Virus record (IMG/VR): IMGVR_UViG_3300044708_000075
Location: 1 to 52,346 of that record
Origin: a virus
Taxonomy: Duplodnaviria; Caudoviricetes
Length of the DNA stretch: 52,346 bases
Reading direction: 5' to 3' (one strand)
The translations under genes and the position numbers were made by a program. Within the stretch, counting starts at the first letter, position 1. Every line of letters starts with the position of its first letter. The notes below the pieces were generated by a model, which saw only the letters and a list, made by a program, of their open reading frames with translations, had not been told where the DNA came from and made no database searches. Positions 26,874-35,920 of this stretch are shown here, in pieces.

Positions 26874-27281
26874 CTACCCTTTCACGGCTTGGTTGACGGC
26901 TCCCCTGACGAGCGCGATGACTTCCTTCTTCTTACGGCGCGCGGCCGGGCCCATGTAGGGGCGGGCCCCCATCTTTGAACTGCCTGCTTCTAACGGGACC
27001 GCGTAGGGCGCGTTGCTGCTGACCTCGACGCGCAGCGGAGCGACTTGGGTGGTCTCAATGTGAGTTCTCAGAACGCCGGTGTCTTCGTTCGGGGGTTCGC
27101 CCGGAAGCGAGGGGACGTGGTTCTTACCGCTCACCGCGCCTTCGGTGATCAGATGCGCGGCTTCCGCCCGGATCAATTCGCCGCCAGCGTAGAGCGCTTG
27201 CCCGACGCGCTGGACCGTTTGCGCGCCAGCTAGGCCGGCCAGCCGAGCATCGACCTTGTCACGACCCGTTATTCGCGGCAC
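26874..27281 (-). CDS. HK97 gp10-like neck protein
   Basis: SLPGEPPNEDTGVL, APYAVPLEAGSSKMGARPYMGPA. Confidence 0.85.
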   Translation of the reverse strand: MPRITGRDKVDARLAGLAGAQTVQRVGQALYAGGELIRAEAAHLITEGAVSGKNHVPSLPGEPPNEDTGVLRTHIETTQVAPLRVEVSSNAPYAVPLEAGSSKMGARPYMGPAARRKKKEVIALVRGAVNQAVKG

Positions 27282-27636
27282 CGGCCAGCCTCCCGCGCAA
27301 TTCGTAGTAGGCTTTGCAAGGATCCTGCGCGACACTGGCGATGCTCCACCGCTGGCCGCTCACTTCGATCTCGCAATCGGCATCGATTGGATCGACGCCA
27401 GTCGCCAGAACGATGATGCGCTGGTCGGTATCGACATAGCCTGGGCTGTCGCGCATCGCTTGGGTCGTGGAATCGAGTTGTGCCTTGACCGTAGTGCCCC
27501 CATCGAACCCATTGCCGACGCCGCCGCCCGAGCCGTCATCGGCACCCTCAATCGGGCGATAAAGCGTGGCGTCCAGATAGAGGCCCGAGAAGGCGCCGGA
27601 GAACGCAGCCGCAAGAGCACCGTCGAGCAAGCTCAT
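27259..27636 (-). CDS. Head-closure protein
   Basis: D.RIIVL..W.I.SV.QDP; position after the adaptor. Confidence 0.7.
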   Translation of the reverse strand: MSLLDGALAAAFSGAFSGLYLDATLYRPIEGADDGSGGGVGNGFDGGTTVKAQLDSTTQAMRDSPGYVDTDQRIIVLATGVDPIDADCEIEVSGQRWSIASVAQDPCKAYYELRGRLAGAANNGS

Positions 27637-28340
27637 CCGTAATAGGCCCACGGATAGGCGGGAACGGTGCCGGTGGGCTGGATTCGTGGCCCGCCGCGGT
27701 TGCGCCGGAGCAGCGCTTCATATTCCTGGCCGTAGCGCGAGGCCGAGAGGTCGCCATTAAGGCGAGCGTTCGCGGCGTCGTTGGTGAAGCCAAGCTCGAG
27801 CGTCCCTGACTTCATGCGCGTAATGCCCGCCGGGATGCTCGCGAGCGATTCCGCATCAGTGCCGAGGCCCGCCAGCGTCATGTTGTGCGCCGCCAACGCC
27901 ATCAGGCCCGTCGCATAATCGCCTTCGCTCCACGCATTCGTGACGAAGCGCTCGGCATCGGTCAGCCAGTATTGGATTACGCCTGCGTCGATCGCAGTGA
28001 AGGCCGGATAGCGGGCCTGCAGGTGCGCTGGCAGCGGCTTGGCGTACCCCGTCGGGACGAGCGCTTCGAATTCCTTGCTGGAGATGAATAGCGAGACCGA
28101 ATCGTCATCCTCGCGCCCTCCGGTTGTGACCCACGCAATGCGGAAAACGCTTGTCTCGCCCGCTTCGCCACCCGAAAGCTCGACCGTCCATTCGGCGCCG
28201 GTCCGGCTTGCACTGTCGATGTTCACAGTCCCGACAAGGCGCTCGAACGTCGACGAGAGGACGCTGTCACCTTCATCAAGCGGGATCGTGTAGAGGTAGT
28301 CGAGGACCGCATCCGGGTCTTTGGGTGGCCACGTCTCCAT
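27633..28340 (-). CDS. Head-tail adaptor (DUF4054-like) fused to an N-terminal KDP..LDY beta domain
   Basis: N-terminal WPPKDPDAVLDY..TTGGR; C-terminal LQARYPAF..LTDA..LAAH..SRYGQEY. Confidence 0.75.
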   Translation of the reverse strand: METWPPKDPDAVLDYLYTIPLDEGDSVLSSTFERLVGTVNIDSASRTGAEWTVELSGGEAGETSVFRIAWVTTGGREDDDSVSLFISSKEFEALVPTGYAKPLPAHLQARYPAFTAIDAGVIQYWLTDAERFVTNAWSEGDYATGLMALAAHNMTLAGLGTDAESLASIPAGITRMKSGTLELGFTNDAANARLNGDLSASRYGQEYEALLRRNRGGPRIQPTGTVPAYPWAYYG

Positions 28341-28346
28341 GCGTCG

Positions 28347-28380
28347 AAATTACCCGCTGGCCCTGCGGCGCTGTAGGTTC
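28347..28380 (-). promoter_or_regulatory. Late promoter motif (leaderless geometry)
   Basis: GAACCTACA-N19-TAATTT-N6-ATG(28340). Confidence 0.75.
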
Positions 28381-31097
28381 CCTGCGGCTCGGCGCGGAGG
28401 TCCGAACTCGCCCCCAGCTTGGCGATCGCTGAGCGTTCCTGCCGCTTGGCGCGGCGTGTTGGAGCCGGAAGCCGAACGCTCGTCTTCGGTGCCATGCCTG
28501 CGCCGCTCGCCAGGCACGTCGAGCGCGATATGGCCGCGGATCGACCATCCGCCCTGCCCGACGACCGATACGCTTGCCTCGGTGATCGACTGGCCAGCAC
28601 CGACCATGACGCCGAAGCCAGCCGAGATCGCGGCTCCGGTGGCGTAGACCGAGGGCGCGGGGTTCAGTGCGCCAGCGCCGGCGGCGCTCATCGTGCTTGG
28701 CCGGACCTGCGCGGCCGTTTCCGCGAGGCCGCCACTGCAGGAAGCCGAAACCGCCGCAGGCTTGACCAAGGCGCCGACGTCGGAAAGCGTTCCCGATCCG
28801 GAGGCATTGAGGGCGGCCGCGGCGATTGTCCGCCCAGTCGGAGTTAGCGAACCAAGCCCGCCCGCCGTGAGAATACCGATCGAATAGCCGCTGATCTGCC
28901 CGTCGATCGTAAGCAATGCCGCACCGGAACCAGCGAACGCGCCCGTCGCCGTGACCGACCTGGCGAAGGCGACGCTTCCCGCGCCGTGCCCAGCAAACGT
29001 GCCAGAAGCCACCACCAGCGCGCTCGCGGCGAAAACGGCTGTGCCGGAGCCGGAAAGTGCTGATGGCGCTAGAATCGCGCCTGAGGCGGCGAGAGAGGCA
29101 ATTCCAGCACTGCCGAAGTCCGCCGGCGTGACTGCTCGGCCCTGCTCGGCAAGAGCGCCGACTCCGGCCAGCGACAGCGAAACCTCATGGATGGCGAGTG
29201 ATGTGCCAGCGAAATCGGACGATCCGGCGCTTGAGAAGGCGGCAGTCGTGAACGCAGTCTCGTCGCCAGCCCAGGAGGAGAGGCCGACGCCCGAGAAGAC
29301 GCCTTGCGCTATCGCCAGTGCGTCGAAGGCGAGCGAGCCAGCCCCGGCACCGGAAAGCGCGGCTTCAACGGTCTCTTCGCCAGCGGCGGCAAGATTGCCC
29401 GCGCCACTTGCGGATAGGGCCCCGGAGGCCGTGTTGCTGCCCTGCTCGCCGACTGCGGCCAGGTCGCCCGAGCCGCTGGCGGAGAAAACGCCTTCAGTGG
29501 TCTCGGCACCCGTGCTGGCGAAATCGCCGATCCCCGATACCGAAAGCGCCGCAGGTTCAAGCGCACGGCCCTCGGCGGCGAGATCAGAGGCACCCGAGGA
29601 GGACATGACCGCCGTCTCGATCGCTTGCCCGTCATTCGCAGCAGTTCCGATACCGGCCGCCGAGAAGGCAGCCGCTGCAGTGGACCCGCCGATCGCGCCG
29701 AACGTGCCGATGCCCGCGCCCGATAGGGCTGTGGTCGCAATCTCGACTGCGGTGAGCGAGGTCGCTGCAATAGCGCTGAGCGATAGAGATGCAGTCGCAA
29801 TGGCTTGGCCGGTTTCGGCAACCGCTGCGGCCCCGCTGATCGAAAGCGTGGCTCCAGCGGTTGCCTGACCGACGGGCGATGCGGTCGCGATCGCACTCGC
29901 CGAAAGCACCGCTGCGGCGACGGCTTGCCCGGCGATGCTAGTTGATACCGTACCCGAGCCAGCCAGAACCCCAGCGGCGATCGAGCCGCCAGCAGCCGTC
30001 AATGCACCAGCGCCAGCGCCGGAAAGGGCCGCAGCTTCAATACCGCGCCCGACTTCTAGCAGAGCGCCCACGCCAGAACCGGAGAAGCTCGCCTGCGCCG
30101 TGGATTGGCCAGCCTCGGCGAGCGCTCCTGCCCCAGCGCCCGACAGCGTCGCCGCTGCAGTGCTTTGCCCGACCGGTGAAGTCGCCCCAACGCCAGCCCC
30201 CGATAGCGTCGTGGTGGCCAGCATCAATGCGGTTACGGAGAGCGCGCCGATCGCCGCCCCTGTGAACACGCCGTTGACGAGGTAGCCGCCATTGCCGGAG
30301 AGCGAACCAGCCCCGCTTCCTGAGAAAGCCGCGGGCTGAATTCCGGCACCCGCCAACGACGTCGCTCCAGCGCCGCTCAGCGCCATGCTCTGCTGCGAGA
30401 TCGAGCCGCCAGCGATGGAGGCCGATCCTGTGCCGGAAGCAGAGAAGTCGCTGCCGACCGGATTTTCGTAAACCGCGACCGTGAAGCACACCCATTGCTC
30501 GGTCGCACTGGTGAACGTGCCAGGGTCTTCGGAACTGACCGTTGCCGACCTGTCGCCAGAATATGTCGAGGCTCCGTTGGAGCCGCCGCCAACAGAACTC
30601 AGTGCGTTAGTGTAGCCACTCGGTGGGGCAGTCGCCTGCGTGGTGCTGTCGCCGCAGCGAGCCGCGAGCAAGACGCAAGCCTTGGAACCGACCGATAGAG
30701 TCAGATTCGGCGGGTCGGAATTTGTCGACGATCCGTTGGTTTTGGCAGCTTCAACGGCGAGAGACGTGCCGCTGAGCTGATAGAAGGTTCCAGAATATTG
30801 CTCGCTGGCGGTCGACGAGATGTTGAGCGTCGGCATCCCCGACGAGCCGGAACTGCCGGCGAGGCATTTGAACAGCGCGCCCGCAACAGAGGTGCTGTTC
30901 GCATCCTGATCAACCTTCGCCCAACCCGCATCTGAACCGGCGCCTACGGTAAGAGTCGGATTGCCGTCAGCCGCAATGAAGGCGATGAACAGGTCGCCTG
31001 CATTCCAAGATGTGAAGCTGGGCGCCGGACTCCACGATGTCGCGTTTGAGGTCGGGCCGGTGATGGCGCCACGGCGTTGGACAACCGCGACGGCCAT
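28350..31097 (-). CDS. 915-aa Ser/Thr/Gly/Ala-rich repeat protein, probable virion fiber
   Basis: About 210-aa N-terminal beta-rich domain (AGDLFIAFIAADG), then roughly 30 degenerate 20-aa repeats such as AAATLSGAGAGALAEAGQST. Confidence 0.75.
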   Translation of the reverse strand: MAVAVVQRRGAITGPTSNATSWSPAPSFTSWNAGDLFIAFIAADGNPTLTVGAGSDAGWAKVDQDANSTSVAGALFKCLAGSSGSSGMPTLNISSTASEQYSGTFYQLSGTSLAVEAAKTNGSSTNSDPPNLTLSVGSKACVLLAARCGDSTTQATAPPSGYTNALSSVGGGSNGASTYSGDRSATVSSEDPGTFTSATEQWVCFTVAVYENPVGSDFSASGTGSASIAGGSISQQSMALSGAGATSLAGAGIQPAAFSGSGAGSLSGNGGYLVNGVFTGAAIGALSVTALMLATTTLSGAGVGATSPVGQSTAAATLSGAGAGALAEAGQSTAQASFSGSGVGALLEVGRGIEAAALSGAGAGALTAAGGSIAAGVLAGSGTVSTSIAGQAVAAAVLSASAIATASPVGQATAGATLSISGAAAVAETGQAIATASLSLSAIAATSLTAVEIATTALSGAGIGTFGAIGGSTAAAAFSAAGIGTAANDGQAIETAVMSSSGASDLAAEGRALEPAALSVSGIGDFASTGAETTEGVFSASGSGDLAAVGEQGSNTASGALSASGAGNLAAAGEETVEAALSGAGAGSLAFDALAIAQGVFSGVGLSSWAGDETAFTTAAFSSAGSSDFAGTSLAIHEVSLSLAGVGALAEQGRAVTPADFGSAGIASLAASGAILAPSALSGSGTAVFAASALVVASGTFAGHGAGSVAFARSVTATGAFAGSGAALLTIDGQISGYSIGILTAGGLGSLTPTGRTIAAAALNASGSGTLSDVGALVKPAAVSASCSGGLAETAAQVRPSTMSAAGAGALNPAPSVYATGAAISAGFGVMVGAGQSITEASVSVVGQGGWSIRGHIALDVPGERRRHGTEDERSASGSNTPRQAAGTLSDRQAGGEFGPPRRAAGNLQRRRASG

Positions 31098-31100
31098 TTA

Positions 31101-31565
31101 CTAGCCGCCCATGATATCGGCGTTGAAAATCTGATCCGGGGCGACACCGAGAATGTCGATGTAGTCGCCGCTATCCAACGTGAGGCGCGTATCGGTGATG
31201 CCGTCATTGTTGGGGTCGACCGCGCTGACGAACAGGTGCGCTGTGCCAGTCCAGTTGGTCAGCACCTCGCCGTCGTAGAGCGTGCCGTTGCCGGCGCCGA
31301 AGTCGAACACGTCCGAATAGGTATGCGAGCCAGTGTCGATCATGATCTTGTCTTCGCCGGGCGTGAAGCCGGCGACCTGATCGTGGCCGTCGCCAGTGCG
31401 GAAGGCGACCGTATCGCGCGCCGTGTCGTTGCCGTCAGTGACGTCGATGAAGTCGTCACCGTGCGCGCCCTCGAGCCAATCTGCGCCGCGGTGGCCGGTA
31501 ATCGTATCGTTGCCCGAGGTGCCGAGCAGATAGTCGGCTTTGTTCGTGCCGTTGATGTTGGCCAT
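31101..31565 (-). CDS. RTX/hemolysin-type Ca-binding repeat protein
   Basis: GTNKADYLL GTSGNDTIT GHRGADWLE GAHGDDFID, then GDGHDQVAGF.PGEDKI; RBS aggaaagg. Confidence 0.8.
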   Translation of the reverse strand: MANINGTNKADYLLGTSGNDTITGHRGADWLEGAHGDDFIDVTDGNDTARDTVAFRTGDGHDQVAGFTPGEDKIMIDTGSHTYSDVFDFGAGNGTLYDGEVLTNWTGTAHLFVSAVDPNNDGITDTRLTLDSGDYIDILGVAPDQIFNADIMGG

Positions 31566-31583
31566 GGTCTTGCCTTTCCTGAA

Positions 31584-31823
31584 TTACTTCGCGGCCTTCT
31601 CAGCCCTCGCCAGCGCAGCCTTGTGATCGGCTTTCACCTTCTCGCGCGCGGCCAGCTTGAGTTTGAGAATTTTCGCAGGATCGGTGATGCCGTCCTTCAG
31701 CGCCTGGAGCGTCGCCTCGTTCATCGCTTCCTCGATCGATTTGCCACTGAGCCCCGGACCGAGCTTACCGCCTGCGCTGGTGCTCATGGCCGCGGCCGCG
31801 ATAATTCCCTTTTGCTTAGGCAT
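31584..31823 (-). CDS. Small basic hypothetical protein
   Basis: RBS aggag; IEEAM.EA..DGITDP..I..AAR resembles the C-terminus of the upstream ORF. Confidence 0.7.
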   Translation of the reverse strand: MPKQKGIIAAAAMSTSAGGKLGPGLSGKSIEEAMNEATLQALKDGITDPAKILKLKLAAREKVKADHKAALARAEKAAK

Positions 31824-32289
31824 GGATCACTCCTGTTGAACCAAGCAGTTGCTTGAGCGTCTTCGCTCGCGCGTCTTGGATGCGAGCCCTGACGAACGGC
31901 GTGTCGAGCAGCTTGCCGTCGGCGTCGGCCTCGAGGACGGCCTCGCTCATCGCGTCCTGAACCAGCTTGGCGACTGGCTTAAGCGCTGGCGAATTGCTGT
32001 TCGCGGACACGAAGACCGCCGAAACGACGACGGGATAAAGGCGTTCGGCCTTGGGTTTGAGCTCGTCGGGGAGCCCGGAAGGCAAACTGTGGTCGACGAG
32101 CCAGCGGTGGGACCAGGCGCGCAGCTTGAAATCGATGCGCGGGTTCTGAGTCCGTGCGTGATGCAGCACGATCTCGGCTTCATCGTCGTTTTTTGGACCA
32201 GGCAGGTGCGGAAACAATTCGGGCCAGCCCTTGAGCAACCGCCAGTGGTCGCCGTCGCGTAGAACTTGGTCGCAGGCCGCCTGAGACAC
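31816..32289 (-). CDS. Hypothetical phage protein
   Basis: W..LFPHLP.P..LHHART..RAWSHRWL..LPSGLPDELKP. Confidence 0.7.
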   Translation of the reverse strand: MSQAACDQVLRDGDHWRLLKGWPELFPHLPGPKNDDEAEIVLHHARTQNPRIDFKLRAWSHRWLVDHSLPSGLPDELKPKAERLYPVVVSAVFVSANSNSPALKPVAKLVQDAMSEAVLEADADGKLLDTPFVRARIQDARAKTLKQLLGSTGVIHA

Positions 32290-32293
32290 GGCC

Positions 32294-32728
32294 CTAGTCC
32301 AGCGTGACGGTGCTGGCCGTCGTGAGCCGCGGAATGACGCCGGCGCTCGGGATCGAGATATTCGGCGAGATCGCACCGTTGACGATGACGTCGGTCGCGC
32401 CGCCGCCTGATTTACCCAGCTGCCCGTGGGTGATCGTGGTTCCGGACGCGCCGCTCGAGGGGAAGTCGACATTGGCCGCAAAAGCTGTGGATCCGCCTGA
32501 CGGCGCCGAGAAGCCGCTGGTCGTGCGGACGATATTCTGGCGGGCATAGTTGGTATAGGCGCTCTCGCTGGTCGACATGGTGCCGGTATCGCCTGGATCG
32601 GCGGTCGCGAGGGCGGCGACGATGTTGGTTTCAGGCGATGAGGTCGCGTTGATCGCGTAGTTCGTCCAGGTCGTGGCGTTGAAGATGAGGGCGAGGATCG
32701 CATTCTCGGCGACATTGCTGAACGACAT
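32294..32728 (-). CDS. Small structural / fiber-associated protein
   Basis: SNVAENAIL.LIF..LATADPG..E..YTNYARQ..FP..ITH. Confidence 0.75.
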   Translation of the reverse strand: MSFSNVAENAILALIFNATTWTNYAINATSSPETNIVAALATADPGDTGTMSTSESAYTNYARQNIVRTTSGFSAPSGGSTAFAANVDFPSSGASGTTITHGQLGKSGGGATDVIVNGAISPNISIPSAGVIPRLTTASTVTLD

Positions 32729-32760
32729 GGCGGCGGATCCCTCTCAATTCGGCTTGGCGC

Positions 32761-32795
32761 ACGATAAAGCCGCGAGAGCTGGCGCTGTAGGTTCG
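32761..32795 (-). promoter_or_regulatory. Late promoter motif (fiber module)
   Basis: CGAACCTACA-N19-TATCGT. Confidence 0.75.
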
Positions 32796-33689
32796 TTACA
32801 CGCCGCAGAGCATGAGGTTGTCGAAGCCGAGCATCTTCGCGAGCGATTGCGCGTGCGGCATGTTGTCCGCGATCGCATCAACCTGCCCCGGCCAATGCTG
32901 CGCTGTCTGTGTGAAGGCGATGACGCCGTCGACCTGATGCCCGTTGAGCGCCGCCTGCGCTTCCTTCCACACCGACGGGCGCCGGCCGAGGACGAGTCCG
33001 GTCCGCCCGCCGTCGAGCCGATAGTGCTGGCTCACCCACGGATGCCCGATCGCGTCCCACGGCTTCACGTTGCCGGGGAAGAACATGATCTTGCCTTCCG
33101 GAGCCGCGCCCCAGCGGACCACCCCGTCACCGGGCCCGAAAGTGCGTTCGCCGCGGCCGAGTACGTGCCCGATCCACGCCTGGTCTGAGCCGACGTAGCG
33201 CGCGCTCGCGATCTCGGCCTCCTGCGGGGTGAAGCGCTCGTAGACCTGAGGCCTGGCCCCCGCCGTCATCATGATCATTGAGCCGTTGTAGACATAGCGG
33301 TGGTTCTGCTGAGACGGGCTGCAGATGACGAAATCGTTCGGCAGGCTCAGCAAGGCGTCGATGTTGGCCCCGATCACGCAGTCGAGGTCCATGGCGACGA
33401 AGCGCTTGCCGAATATCCGCCCGGCATCGCGGCGGAACATGGAGATGCGGCGGTAGCAATTCGGCTTTCCCTTGCGCCAGCGAGCCGTCTCGAGGCCGAC
33501 GAATTCGCCCGGCGGCTTGATGATGCGGATCGAAGGGTCGATGCCGTCCGGCGTGTCGGTGACGCAGGAGAGGCGGATGTCGAGCGTGCAATGGCGCCGC
33601 ACCATGGCTGCCCAAATGTTGACGTGGGTGGCCGTGAACGCCGTTCTTCCCCCGACCTGGTTCCACAGCCAGGAGATGACGTGGATCAC
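32796..33689 (-). CDS. GT-A glycosyltransferase (GT8-like motifs) with short C-terminal extra domain
   Basis: CVTD, FVAMDLDCVI (DxD), YNGSMIMM, GSDQAWI, FFPGNVKPW. Confidence 0.8.
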   Translation of the reverse strand: MIHVISWLWNQVGGRTAFTATHVNIWAAMVRRHCTLDIRLSCVTDTPDGIDPSIRIIKPPGEFVGLETARWRKGKPNCYRRISMFRRDAGRIFGKRFVAMDLDCVIGANIDALLSLPNDFVICSPSQQNHRYVYNGSMIMMTAGARPQVYERFTPQEAEIASARYVGSDQAWIGHVLGRGERTFGPGDGVVRWGAAPEGKIMFFPGNVKPWDAIGHPWVSQHYRLDGGRTGLVLGRRPSVWKEAQAALNGHQVDGVIAFTQTAQHWPGQVDAIADNMPHAQSLAKMLGFDNLMLCGV

Positions 33690-34420
33690 AGCACGCGCTC
33701 CCACTCGAATTGCAACACCTTGACCTCGTGCTCCTCGCCGCGCTCCCATTTGGCGCGCATGATCGCCTTCTTCGCGCCCTCGTCGCGACCTTCCTTGCGC
33801 GGGAGCGTGGTCGTCGACGCATCTGAAACAAGCCCGCGCCAGTAGCGGGTCAGGGCAACGCGCTTGAGGTGCCCGCGCCGGCCGACGTGGAACGCGCGCT
33901 GCCGGAACATCCCGTCGGTGCCATAGACACCGCAGAAATCCTCGTCGTAGCCGCCGATCTTCCAGTAGAGCTCGCGGGTCAGGACAAAACTGTTCGGATG
34001 CGGCTTGGGCCGCCCGTCCTTCCCGATCGTCGGCTCGCCAGTATCAGCTTCGACCCGGTGCAGCGTGTAGACCGTCTCGTCGTCCATCTTGTCGAGACGG
34101 CGCAGCAGCGCGTCGGCGGCATCAGCGGTCAGCAGGTGATCCATGTCGGTCAGGAGCAGCCAGCCCTCATCGGCGACGTGCGCGCCGAGGTTGCGGGCCG
34201 CGTGCTGGTGCCAGGGCCGGTCCTCGGTCACGCGGTAGATCGAGATCGGGAGCAGGTTTGCGGGGCACGGGACGTCGATCGCGGGCGCGGTAGGCGAGCC
34301 GTCGTCGATGATGATCACCTTGAACTGTTCGCGGATGCGCTCGGGCCAGTCGTGCCACGTCCGATAGTGGATCCGCAGCATCTCGCTGTTCATATAGTAC
34401 GGGAGAACCATCGTGATCAT
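33686..34420 (-). CDS. GT-A glycosyltransferase (GT2/GT7-like)
   Basis: IIIDDGSP, ARNLG, LLTDMDH (DxD), IGGYDEDFCG.YGTD. Confidence 0.85.
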   Translation of the reverse strand: MITMVLPYYMNSEMLRIHYRTWHDWPERIREQFKVIIIDDGSPTAPAIDVPCPANLLPISIYRVTEDRPWHQHAARNLGAHVADEGWLLLTDMDHLLTADAADALLRRLDKMDDETVYTLHRVEADTGEPTIGKDGRPKPHPNSFVLTRELYWKIGGYDEDFCGVYGTDGMFRQRAFHVGRRGHLKRVALTRYWRGLVSDASTTTLPRKEGRDEGAKKAIMRAKWERGEEHEVKVLQFEWERVL

Positions 34421-35262
34421 GCGAGCGCCTGCGTCCTGGTGCACCAAACGGGAATTCCGACCTCGCGCGCGATGATCGCGCCCTGCTTGGGGCAGCTTTC
34501 GATGAAGAATTCGACGCCGAGGTCTTTGACGATCCGAGCCTTCCACCCGCCGCGGCCGCCGGCGAACTTCATCGCGCTCATGCGTTCGGCCTTCGAGTGA
34601 AACGGCGTCATGTGCAGCGCTTCGAACTGGATCCCATGCCGGGCCAGCCATTCCTCAGTCTCGCCGCGGTACTTCTCGAGCCTTCCCGTCACGATGTGGC
34701 CGATCGGGCGTTGCGGGATGAACAGCGGCTCGACGTCGCGCAGGAAGGTTACATAGCGCGGGCCATCGTCGTTCTCGGCCTTGGTATTGTCGCGGCAGAG
34801 CACGCCGTCGAAGTCGAAGCCCCAGCGCGGGAGCCGCCGATGCTTCCACAGATTCCACCCGAAGGCGCGCGGGCCTCGACAATCTTCAAATACGATGTCG
34901 ACGATCTGCGACGGATCCTCGACCTGATACGGCCCATAGACGCAGAGCCGCGTTATTTTGGCACTTTTGGGCAACATGGCAGCGGCGCGGGCCATCGCTG
35001 ATCCCTTATTGACGGTATCGTCGACCAGCAGGACGCGCTGCCCAGGGGCCTCCAGCTTTCCGCTTCGGCCATAGATGACGCCTTTGGAATACCCGATTGG
35101 ATCGGCGAGAGGCATTTGCAGATGTGTGGCGAGGATGCTCGCAGGCAGCATCCCGCTTCTTGGAATGCCGACGATAACATCGAAGGATGAGCGGTCGAGG
35201 CGATGCAGATTGGCTGCGACCGCGCGCGCCATGTCGGCGACCGAGCGGACGTTAAGTGACAC
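34417..35262 (-). CDS. Phosphoribosyltransferase plus HAD phosphatase; putative dual-domain ribofuranosyltransferase
   Basis: VIVGIPRSG, PRPP loop VLLVDDTVNKGSAM; HAD motif FDFDGVLC, VTGRLEKYR, K..FFIES. Confidence 0.8.
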   Translation of the reverse strand: MSLNVRSVADMARAVAANLHRLDRSSFDVIVGIPRSGMLPASILATHLQMPLADPIGYSKGVIYGRSGKLEAPGQRVLLVDDTVNKGSAMARAAAMLPKSAKITRLCVYGPYQVEDPSQIVDIVFEDCRGPRAFGWNLWKHRRLPRWGFDFDGVLCRDNTKAENDDGPRYVTFLRDVEPLFIPQRPIGHIVTGRLEKYRGETEEWLARHGIQFEALHMTPFHSKAERMSAMKFAGGRGGWKARIVKDLGVEFFIESCPKQGAIIAREVGIPVWCTRTQALA

Positions 35263-35881
35263 GTCCGCCCTTCCTCATATTTTCTCCGGCCCAGAGCGGC
35301 TGCAAGTTCGTGAAGTGGCAAGCCTGGGCCAGTTCCGCGGGGTCCGATAGATCGAACGAAGCGAGCGGCCTTATGTGATCAAGGTGCCAAGCGCCCCAAT
35401 TGGACCACGCCATCCCCTGAGCAAACTTGCCTTCGATGTAGGATTTCGCATCTTCAATGGAGCATCCGAGCAGCTTAATTGCCGATCCGGCCTTCCCACT
35501 CTTGCGCAGCGCATTAGAAATCCGGCCTCTTATCGTGTGCCGAAGCCGAAAGATTGGGTCGCTTTCGCGTCGGTGCTTGGCGCGCTGCACCACACCGGCG
35601 ATGATGCGGTCGCGATTTTTCTGATACCGGCGTTGGCGTTGGTCACGGTAGCGCTCGCGCCGAATTTCGCGGATTGCGGAGGGCGGTGGACGCAGCCGAG
35701 CCTTCACGCGCTTGCAATCAACGCAATGGCTGTCGCTGACCATTCGCTCGGACCAGTGGCCATGAGTACAGGGTCGGCCGAGATAATACCGCGTAAGGCC
35801 AGCATCGCGCGCCTCTATGCGCCCAATAACCAGCAGAAAAGGCTGGCTTCGCGGCTTACCGGAAAGATGCCCGTTACGCAT
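35252..35881 (-). CDS. HNH-type endonuclease
   Basis: YYLGRPCTHGH..CVDC; LLGCS..GMAWSNWG.WHLDHIRPL.SFDL..HFTNLQPLWA.EN..K. Confidence 0.85.
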   Translation of the reverse strand: MRNGHLSGKPRSQPFLLVIGRIEARDAGLTRYYLGRPCTHGHWSERMVSDSHCVDCKRVKARLRPPPSAIREIRRERYRDQRQRRYQKNRDRIIAGVVQRAKHRRESDPIFRLRHTIRGRISNALRKSGKAGSAIKLLGCSIEDAKSYIEGKFAQGMAWSNWGAWHLDHIRPLASFDLSDPAELAQACHFTNLQPLWAGENMRKGGRVT

Positions 35882-35920
35882 GAGAAACCGTAGCGCAAAT
35901 AGCGGGAATCGGCCACTTAT

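Noticed and set aside
28350-31097. CRISPR array, DGR or DNA tandem repeat
   Set aside because: Periodicity is at protein level only; no identical spaced repeats, cas genes or reverse transcriptase seen in the window
35252-35920. Group I intron or intein around the HNH
   Set aside because: Flanking genes have their own starts and stops; no split gene or splice motifs evident
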